Origin: Macrostomum lignano | Lineage: Eukaryota | Length of the DNA stretch: 37,414 nucleotides | Reading direction: 5' to 3' | Assembly: GCA_002269645.1 (NCBI GenBank) | Contig: NIVC01004707.1 | Coordinates: 1-37,414, forward strand | Part shown: positions 28,970-37,414 of the stretch, piece after piece | Layout: each line of letters opens with the position of its first letter | Numbering within the stretch: position 1 is the first letter of the stretch | Notes under the pieces: generated by a model | Databases searched by the model: none | Seen by the model: the letters and a program-made list of their open reading frames with translations, nothing else | Told to the model about the DNA's origin: nothing | Position numbers and translations under genes: made by a program

Positions 28970-31968
28970 ATGGCGTGGCTGCAATCGAGAGCTACCTACC
29001 TTAATCTAATGGCAATCGCCTGCCTCTGCTACTGCGCCGACTGCGAAACCGTCGCACATGTATTTAGCATTGGACCCGTCAACTGCAACCTGACATCGTC
29101 TGGTCTTCCCTTTGACCGTGAAGTGAAAGTGTTATGTTCGCCCGACAAAGGACTCCACGTGACTCTGGAGGAGGGCAACATTGAACGCATCCTGCAACGT
29201 AGCAAAGAATCTTGGAATGAAGCTCCTAGGTATTTCGAACTGCACTTTATAAACGTTCACCTGCAGTTCCCGAAGCCGCGAGACGTCGCGCCTGAGCAAC
29301 TCCTGACCAAATTGCAGCTGCGGCAGTGCGACATAGCCGAAATGAGGAGTGAATTCTTTAAAAAGTGGCTACACAGTACCGGTAGTGTGTCATTTCAGGA
29401 GTGCAAGTTTAAAGGCTTCGCTTGCTCAGACCTGGGTCGAGCATTCAGCACCAGCCAGATTAACGAGCTGCAGTTCATCGACTGCAAGTGGTGCCAGCAG
29501 ACAACCATTGGAAACATTACCGCTAGTCAGATGACTATCAGCCAATCGGTTGCTCAGAAGGACGTTATGCTAAACGTCAACGAAATCACGCTGAAAAAGA
29601 ACATGAGCATTACCGTCAAATCTGGTTGGCAGCAGGCCAGATTAGGCCGGATCCGCCCCGCCCATCTGGTCCTATCCGGCTTGGAGCTGTCTGATTCTCT
29701 TGGCCGAGACTTTCTGCGCGACGCCAAGCCCTACAGTGTGCAGCTGCGGCGGTGCAAGCTGCCGCCGGGCGCCTCCAGCAGCTTGCTGCAGAATATCCTG
29801 CGCGTGAACGATCTGAGCCTGCGGGACACCGACATTGAAGATTTGCCTCTGGTGCCAATCTCAGGCGTGGAGCTGACCACGTTGGAGGTGCGAAATTGTC
29901 GACTGGACAAAGTGAATTTCTCTCGGCTAATCTACGCGTCTGGAAAGTTGGTCTCGCTCAGTCTGGTCAATGCGTCCATCAAGCAGCTGCCGGGTTCCTG
30001 GTCTCGCGTTGCCAATGGAAGCATCTTAAGCCGTCTGAACCTGGTAGACTTGAGCAACAACCTCATACGTTTCGTACCATTTGTTCCGAACGGCCGTGCG
30101 TACTTCGATTCGGATCACTTTGAGGTCAAACTTGGCGGCAATCCACTGCACTGCGGCTGCGAACTCAAATGGCTCGCCTCGGAAGACACTCAAGTTCAGG
30201 CGGTTTACAGAAACGACGATCCAAAGTGAGTGTTTGCACTTCTGCAGATGTATTTCTGATAGGTTTTTTATATATTAGAACACCTTGGCTACATGCATTG
30301 AGGGATTTGATACTGAAAAATCGTGTTAAGGAGAGTGGCTGGCTGGAAAGGAAAGGCTGGAGGCCGATAAGGAACGCGTACTTGTCGTTTCGACATTTCG
30401 ACATTTTTACATTCGTTGTCGTTGTCGTATCGACCGAATTTGTCCATGGCTCCGGCCTCCAGCTCGTTTCAAAGAAAAACGAGTTTGGTGTCCTTCTACT
30501 TCAGTTGTCCATGTCAGTTGTCCACGTCAGCTGAATAAAATCTATCTATGAAATATGCATTCAAGGCTTTACTTAGTCACATTGTTACACCGATTAAGGG
30601 GCTCGAAGATCTGCGAGTCTGAAAAAACAGCTTGGCTAAACCTCGCAATAGCTGACTATTGGCTCCTCTAGTGCCAAAAATCCTTCTTATTAGCAAGGAA
30701 ACTTCTAGTTTTTATGCTCTTCTCTCAAAGCCTCTTTTTGCCGCTTACGAAGTAAGCAACGTAATCAAATCCAAGTAACAAAGTAAGATTTAGGGGCCTG
30801 TTTTAATAGCTCGATTACCAGCAGAAACGATGCATTTGCAGAAAATGTGCAATTAGCGCCAGTTCTGGTTGAAAGCGCAAGTGGCTTCATTTTAGCCAAA
30901 GAATCCAAAATAGTGCGGATGAACTGTTTATTCACTGCCAGCCTGAAATGGCTGGGCTGGGCGAGGCTGAAATTCAAGTATCTCTCGGCAGAAATTATTC
31001 ATGCATGCTGAGGGCGCCTTAGCAACACGCCGTAGGGCTGGTTGAGTATCTCTGGCTAAGCACCGGCAAGGGACTGTGTGGATTGGGGAGAAAATAAGTT
31101 TTATTAAAACCACACCCCAACTTCTATGAGCGAGAGGTCATGACCCGACCAGTTTTGTTCAGCATTTATGCTTTATTATGCGATTCAGTTAGATAAACTC
31201 AGCACAATCTATCAAATGGATTTCTCCTGTAAGATTTGTGCGCCAAGTTGACTCAAGTGAGTAGCAACACGAAATTACACTTTGAGTGTCCCTGTGAGCA
31301 CAGTTGAAGCTAGATGTGGGCTCATATAGACAGCCTCATTAGCCACTGAACGCGAAGAAGTGGATTAAGTCAGGCCAGCTGGAAAATTATAGCTTCCCAA
31401 CGAGTTCGGAGTTTGCTAATCCTCCCATTGGGGATTCGGTAACTCAGTCTGCGCAATGCATCGTATTACTTCGCCTTGTCCGTGCACTTTACCTCCTCGG
31501 GTCCAGTCTCAGCGAAGTCTCGCCATCAACTATTTGGATAATAGCAAGATTCTCAAAAATAGTGCATACATTAAAATGCTCGTACCTAGCTCGTACCACA
31601 AGAATCAAAAATACGATTTTCACAAGGACCGACAAATGAGTCCAAAAATGAAAGCAGCAAATCGTTCTAATCAATCTGCTTCACAGATGCGTCACTCCGA
31701 AGCACCTGGCGGGCCTGCGCGTTGTTGAAGCCTTTCGCAAATACAACCCCTGCGACACGGACGGTGGCATTGAACCACCGGAGGGCGGCGAAAAGGGCAG
31801 CGGCGGCCAAAAACCGGACAGTCCACCCGGTGAGGCGGGCGCCTCCCTCCTGGCCATCATCGTTGCCATCGTGGTGACGCTGATCGTGGCCGTCCTGCTG
31901 CTGGTGCTCTGCTGCCAGCTGAAGAAGCGAGCCGGCCGGCAGAATGATCGAGACAAAGTCAAGTACAC
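28970..31968 (+). CDS. Type-I LRR transmembrane protein, join(28970..30225,31687..31968); cytoplasmic exons continue downstream
   Basis: Signal-peptide-like N-terminus and LRRs (LVSLSLVNASIKQLP, LSRLNLVDLSNNLIRFV). The LRRCT GGNPLHCGCELKWL is completed across the intron (AA|GTGAGT ... CACAG|A) by KCVTPKHLAG...PC. Then TM LLAIIVAIVVTLIVAVLLLVLCC, basic KKR, and donor AC|GTGAGT. Confidence 0.85.
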
Positions 31969-31984
31969 GTGAGTGACTGGCTGC

Positions 31985-32275
31985 TTGGAATGTCTATGGT
32001 TAGGGCTCTGTAGAATTGTTCATAGACAGTTGAGTCTAATGGAAGCTTGGAATGTCTGTGGCTAGGGCTCTGTAAATGGAAGCTTGAAATGTCTATGGCT
32101 AGGGCTCTGTAGACAGCTGAGGTAAATGGAAACTTGAAATGTCTATGGCTAGGGCTCTGTAGACAGCTGAGGTAAATGGAAGCTTGAAATGTCTATGGCT
32201 AGGGCTCTGTAGACAGCTGAGGTAAATGGAAGCTTGAAATGTCTATGGCTAGGGCTCTCTAGAATTGACCATAGA
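31985..32275. repeat. 50-bp minisatellite (about 5 degenerate units) just after the LRR TM-exon donor
   Basis: Unit GAAATGTCTATGGCTAGGGCTCTGTAGACAGCTGAGGTAAATGGAAGCTT. Confidence 0.9.
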
Positions 32276-32289
32276 TAATTGACTATAGA

Positions 32290-32544
32290 CCATAGAGGAG
32301 GGGAGAGAGAAGATGGAATAGAGAAGAGTAGAGGAGAGGGGGAGAAGGAGAAGAGGAGAGAGGAGAGAGGAGAGAAAGGAGAGGAGAGAAGGGAGAGGAG
32401 AGAAGGGAGTGGATAGAAGGGAGAGGAGAGCTGACAGAGACACAAACCCTGAGCAGGCAGGATTGCTATTGTGAAGTTATCAAAGGACCCGGGGGTCAGA
32501 TAAAGAGGGCACGTGACCCGCAGGCCGGGGTTTGCCGGCCTCTA
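32290..32544 (+). mobile_element. hAT-like GA-carrying MITE, copy 2 (5' end lost)
   Basis: Short GA tract, then CACAAACCCTGAGCAGGCAGGATTGCTATTGTGAAG..., matching 37021-37080. Ends in TTTGCCGGCCTCTA, which is complementary to the 5' end CAGGGGCCGGCAAC of copy 3. Confidence 0.55.
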
Positions 32545-33279
32545 ATGCCAGATGCCAGCCTCAGATGAGGTTGGCACAATTGGCAGCGAGAGTCCTTCAG
32601 CTTTAGAAAAGCGGGAACCGAATTCAGAAGACAGAATGCCCCTATTGGCAAAATGTAAATTTGATTTTCTATTCAGAGAAGACAGCCAAATGATGTCAAT
32701 AAATGCGCAGTTTCTCCATAGATAGATATCTAGTAGATGATCTCACCACATGCTTACAAGGATTAAGATATATTTTAAAGCACTTTGCCCTTAGTAATAC
32801 ATCATAGTGACAGAAATGCGACCAAAACCTGGTGTTCCCTGATTAAAAAAGGAATCGCTAATATGAAAAAAGCCGAAAATTGAAATTGGTTTTTGCGCAG
32901 TTGGTCCGACGGCAGGTCCTCCTAGCACGTTGGAAAGCTTCAAGTTCGCAAATTTAAGAATGCTTTCTTTCACGTGGCAACCGACTAAAGTAAAAACTCT
33001 TGACTTGTTTGCTTGGTGGTGAAAGGGCGTGAGAACTCATGGCTGATGAAGTTCCCGCTGGCGAATCGAAGCTGAGACAACAGACTCCTGCTGTCCTCAA
33101 TGTAAGACAAGAATGTGAAGTTTGCGTACAGTTCCAGTGATTGATTGTAAGGAAGATTTTCTCTGTCTTTGCTTTTACTGATATAAGAGGCTTTGTTTTT
33201 TAAGCTTCCAAGCTTCCCATACGAGTATTAGTGAATCTGTCATGCTTGGTCGTATGAAGGACTACTCAAGTACAAGGAC

Positions 33280-33498
33280 GGGAAACTACGTTTCTTAGAA
33301 AATTTTGGAATTCTTAGAAACAGTGTACATTACGGAGATGGGAAGTTTTTTTCAGCACGAAAATTGTGCAAGACACATCGAAAGATGAACATTGGGTCTG
33401 CCTCCACATTTTTGTGCTGAAAAAGAAAACCTACAATCTCTCTAGTGTATTTTTTCGGTAAAGCCTGCCCCTAAAATTTTCCAAGAAACGTAGTTCCC
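33280..33498. mobile_element. Short MITE-like element with inverted termini of about 26 bp
   Basis: Left GGGAAACTACGTTTCTTAGAAAATTTT (33280-33306); the reverse complement of 33473-33498 is GGGAACTACGTTTCTTGGAAAATTTT. Confidence 0.55.
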
Positions 33499-33596
33499 CT
33501 CTATATTTGAGCATTCTTTGGTTCCGCATCTGGAGAGCAGAACACCAACGGTGACGCAACTGAGCACAATTTATCGACTTCATTTTTATTCTGTAG

Positions 33597-33653
33597 GCTA
33601 TCGCCGTGGGAAGACAATCCCGTAATGCAAATGAACGGCTACTCAGTGCTGAG
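33597..33653 (+). CDS. Candidate cytoplasmic-tail exon of the LRR protein (T-LSPWEDNPVMQMNGYSVL)
   Basis: Good acceptor TTTTATTCTGTAG| and donor AG|GTATAA; phase 2-2, compatible with the TM exon. Read-through to the TGA at 33664-33666 is an alternative end. Confidence 0.4.
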
Positions 33654-34404
33654 GTATAACGCCTGACGCATCAGTTTTCATTTCTAAAGCTGTTAGTTTT
33701 AGCATTTGCACTTTTGTGTCCGTGCAAGTACACTGTGGGTGTTGCTATGAACGAGACCTGTTGCATTTTTGACCTCTGCTCTTGTGTTAACTAAGTCTCT
33801 TGTCTCTGTAGTTAGCTCTTATTGTCGTGGTTTCTTCCTCATTTTGCACAGTTTTAAACCAGTCACTGGTTGCGTGGTGTGGTGTTTAACTATATACTAA
33901 TGCCAGCATCATCAAAGCACCTAGACAACTACTGGGTACTTGGTAGTACCAGTTTATTTCGTTTTTCTTGTGCATTATCCAGCAAATTTGGTGCAGCTAA
34001 AGAATGCGTCTCTAATGAAAAATTGCACGCCTGCGAATGCGTCGTTTTTTTAAATCTCGTATCAGATTTGTTTCGTTTCTGCGACTTCTGCGCAGTTGGG
34101 ATCGGTGCCCCGCTTTGCTCTCCTTCCTCTCTAGTTGGTGACAGGAAGTTCAGCTTACAGGCATATAGTTTGCCAGCACTGCATCTTGCTGTGCTCACCA
34201 CACCACGCTGGGTCCTCTGGATGAAGTCAAGATTAATAGCATAGAATGAATTACAGTATAAACCAGCAGCAGACTCCACTGTACCCTATACTCTCTCAGA
34301 CAATTAATTAGTGATAGTTTAATTATCACTTTGGGGTGGACTCTGCCTTATTTTTTAGGATTCTCAAACTATAGCGTCCTTCGGCTCTCGTTGTCCGTGA
34401 AAAC

Positions 34405-35525
34405 CCTCCAACAGTCATTTTTCCTAGCATCCGTGAATACCCTCCAACAGTTATTCCTAGCATCCGTGAATACCCTCCAATAGTCACTGTTCCTAGCATC
34501 CGTGAATACCCTCCAACAGTCATTGTTCCTAGCATCCGTGAATACCCTCCAACAGTTATTCCTAGCATCCGTGAATACCCTCCAACAGTTATTCCTAGCA
34601 TCCGTGAATACCCTCCAATAGTCACTGTTCCTAGCATCCGTGAATACCCTCCAACAGTTATTCCTAGCATCCGTGAATACCCTCCAATAGTCACTGTTCC
34701 TAGCATCCGTGAATACCCTCCAACAGTTATTCCTAGCATCCGTGAATACCCTCCAATAGTCACTGTTCCTAGCATCCGTGAATACCCTCCAACAGTTATT
34801 CCTAGCATCCGTGAATACCCTCCAATAGTCACTGTTCCTAGCATCCGTGAATACCCTCCAACAGTGACTGTTCCTAGCATCCGTGAATACCCGCCAACAG
34901 TTATTCCTAGCATCCGTGAATACCCTCCAACAGTTATTCCTAGCATCCGTGAATACCCTCCAACAGTTATTCCTAGCATCCGTGAATACCCTCCAACAGT
35001 TATTCCTAGCATCCGTGAATACCCTCCAACAGTCACTGTTCCTAGCATCCGTGAATACCCTCCAATAGTCACTGTTCCTAGCATCCGTGAATACCCTCCA
35101 ACAGTCACTGTTCCTAAGCATTCATTAATTACCTCCAACAGTCACTGTTCCTAAGCATTCATTAATTACCTCCAACAGTCACTGTTCCTAAGCATTCATT
35201 AATTACCTCCAACAGTCACTGTTCCTAAGCATTCATTAATTACCTCCAACAGTCACTGTTCCTAAGCATTCATTAATTACCTCCAATAGTCACTGTTCCT
35301 AAGCATTCATTAATTACCTCCAACAGTCACTGTTCCTAAGCATTCATTAATTACCTCCAACAGTCACTGTTCCTAAGCATTCATTAATTACCTCCAACAG
35401 TCACTGTTCCTAAGCATTCATTAATTACCTCCAACAGTCACTGTTCCTAAGCATTCATTAATTACCTCCAACAGTCACTGTTCCTAAGCATTCATTAATT
35501 ACCTCCAACAGTCACTGTTCCTAAG
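34405..35525. repeat. Two-domain minisatellite: 33/36-bp units followed by 37-bp units
   Basis: CAGT(TA/CACTG)TTCCTAGCATCCGTGAATACCCTCCAA up to about 35115, then CAGTCACTGTTCCTAAGCATTCATTAATTACCTCCAA. Confidence 0.95.
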
Positions 35526-35769
35526 CATCCATGAATACATCACTATTCATGGAGAACGCTTTGTAATATTATTAAATTCTTTTTCAATCCTCTTTAGCTT
35601 CACTTTTGAGTTATATATATTCTCAAGCTTAAAAAGCTGCTTTATCTGACTAAACTCTGAAAATTCTGCATTACCAGGCGGAGATGCAATGAATGCAATG
35701 CAATAAACAAGCTGCGTTTTTGGAAGCGTTTTGAGCAACTACACCCGGCCTCCCAATTCTATTAGTTAG

Positions 35770-35962
35770 AAGGATCGGAACTCGCGATAAGATAACAGGG
35801 CCGAGCTCACGGGCTAGCCAGAGAGAGACAGAAGGGGAAGGCGGTGAGCAAACACAATCCCGAATGTTGGATTTGCCATTCGAGCTGTTTAGACTGCCAG
35901 AAGATTTGGTCACATCCGATTGCCCCCTGTGCGGTGGGGCGCGTGCACTCGATGATTTATGA
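35770..35962 (+). CDS. Candidate terminal exon of the LRR protein (...RIGTRDKITGPSS...MLDLPFELFRLPEDLVTSDCPLCGGARALDDL*)
   Basis: Acceptor TTAG|A is phase-compatible with the 33653 donor and the frame is open to TGA at 35960-35962. No homology support. Confidence 0.25.
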
Positions 35963-36306
35963 CATTAGGCTAATATGATTAATTTAACAGAACCAATTGA
36001 AGTTGAGGTTTGAAAGAGTTTTATTGCGATTTTTTGTTTCGAGTTTTTGAAAAGAGTCACTAAATGTATAGCGAAATTAAGGATTGCCCCGGAGATACGA
36101 ATAAGAGCATTTTGATGGGCGGTGGCAGTCTTTGAAGATAAGACTGCCTGACTGTGTGGCAAGCCGTGCTCAATCTAGGAAAGGGAGCCACAATTCTGCT
36201 ACAAAACTGTTGCAAATTTTCTTACTTCCAACTGGCGCAGTTAACCGTTAAAGTCAAATTTTATAAAACTTCAAAATTTCAAGATTATTCACTGGTTTGT
36301 CCAGTA

Positions 36307-37090
36307 CAGGGGCCGGCAACTTTTTTACCTCAAAGGCCAGATAGAGAACCTAGTGCATGACTGTGAGGAGGGGAGAGAGGAGAGGGAATAGAGAAGAGAA
36401 GAGAGATAGGAGAAAGGAGAGGAGGACTGGTCTGACCGCTACCACTCAGAAACTTCAATTTCTGCGAAGTTGATGTCTACGTGGGTAAGTAGTATATTTG
36501 AAAGAATCGAATTTAAAATAGGGGAAGAAACGAAATAGGAGACGAGAGAAGAGAGAAAAGAGAGAGGAGAGAAAGGAGACAGGAGAGTAGAGAAAGGAGA
36601 GAGGAAAGAAAGGAGAAGAGAGAGGAGAGATGAGAGAAAGGAGAAGAGAGAGGAGAGAGGAGAGAGGAGAGGAGAGAGGAGAGAAAGGAGAAGAGAGAGG
36701 AGAGAGGAGAGGAGAGAGGAGAGAAAGGAGAGGAGAGAGGAGAGGAGAGAGGAGAGAAAGGAGAAGAGAGAGGAGAGAGGAGAGGAGAGAGGAGAGAAAG
36801 GAGAGGAGAGAGGAGAGGAGAGAGGAGAGAAAGGAGAGGAGAGAGAGAGAGGAGAGAGAGAGAAAGGAGAAGAGAGAGGAGAGAGGAGAGGAGAGAGGAG
36901 AAAGGAGAGGAGAGAGGAGAGGAGAGAGGAGAGAGGAGAGGAGAGAGGAGAGAGGAGAGACTCGGAGAGAGGAGAGAAAGGAGAAGAGAGGAGATCAGAC
37001 AGAACGGAGCTGAGAAGAGACACAAATCTTGAGCGGGCCAGATCGCTATTGTAAAGTTCCAAAGGCCGAGAGCCAGATAGAGGGGTTACG
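36307..37090 (+). mobile_element. hAT-like GA-carrying MITE, copy 3 (3' terminus not recognisable)
   Basis: 5' end CAGGGGCCGGCAACTTTTTTACCTCAAAGGCCAGATA matches 568-604. Internal GA tract at about 36366-37020; post-GA segment homologous to copies 1 and 2. Confidence 0.6.
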
Positions 37091-37414
37091 CTAAGTTAAA
37101 GAAAAGTTGCTTAATATTCAATAAGGGCCGTATTGAACATTCCCAAACACCGATTCAATAAATATTGACAGAAAATCGCAGACTCAATTGTTATTTAAAA
37201 ATGTGCGCTTCGATGAGGTACCGATTGTGCAAGAGCTCGTAACTCCGAATGAACCCTGTAGGTAATTTTCCTCTGCATTTTTCTTCCCTTCGCTTTCGGT
37301 ATTAAAGCATAATAGATTTACTAATACAAAATCTACTGATATTTTTCGCTCCGTTTTACTTTCATTTGACCTGCTGGCTAGGACCTATCATCAGTCGTTT
37401 ATCGTTTTCCTCCG

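Noticed and set aside
32551-33102. Alternative chain of small LRR tail exons (MPASDEVGT...MPLLAK; GPTAGPPS; ELMADEVPAG...VLN)
   Set aside because: They look peptide-like, but I could not join them in phase to the phase-2 donor at 31968; left unresolved.
33929-34279. Minus-strand 116-aa ORF
   Set aside because: No motif or convincing splice context, and AT-rich codon usage.

Overview
Eukaryotic (metazoan) genomic DNA, not prokaryotic. It has GT-AG introns, GC-rich exons, tRNA-derived SINEs, a LINE fragment and very many minisatellites. The style suggests a Macrostomum-like flatworm, which is an inference only. Genes rebuilt by hand: (i) two tandem selenoprotein W (Rdx-family) paralogs on +, each with a CGAU motif split by an intron, an in-frame UGA and a form-2 SECIS; the two SECIS elements covary. 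The ORF track misses both genes. (ii) Two tandem C6orf89/BRAP-like paralogs on -, whose single introns sit at non-homologous positions. (iii) A 5-exon M17 leucyl aminopeptidase on -, with a degenerate tyrosine-recombinase (Crypton-like) element in intron 2. (iv) A type-I LRR transmembrane protein on +. Nearly every resolved intron is filled by its own tandem repeat, and several arrays amplify STAT-, kB- or AP-1-like motifs. Other elements are a hAT-like MITE family carrying a GA microsatellite and a 1.4-kb almost CpG-free block ending in a perfect hairpin. Most long ORFs in the supplied track are repeat artefacts. All family assignments come from motif recognition, not database searches.
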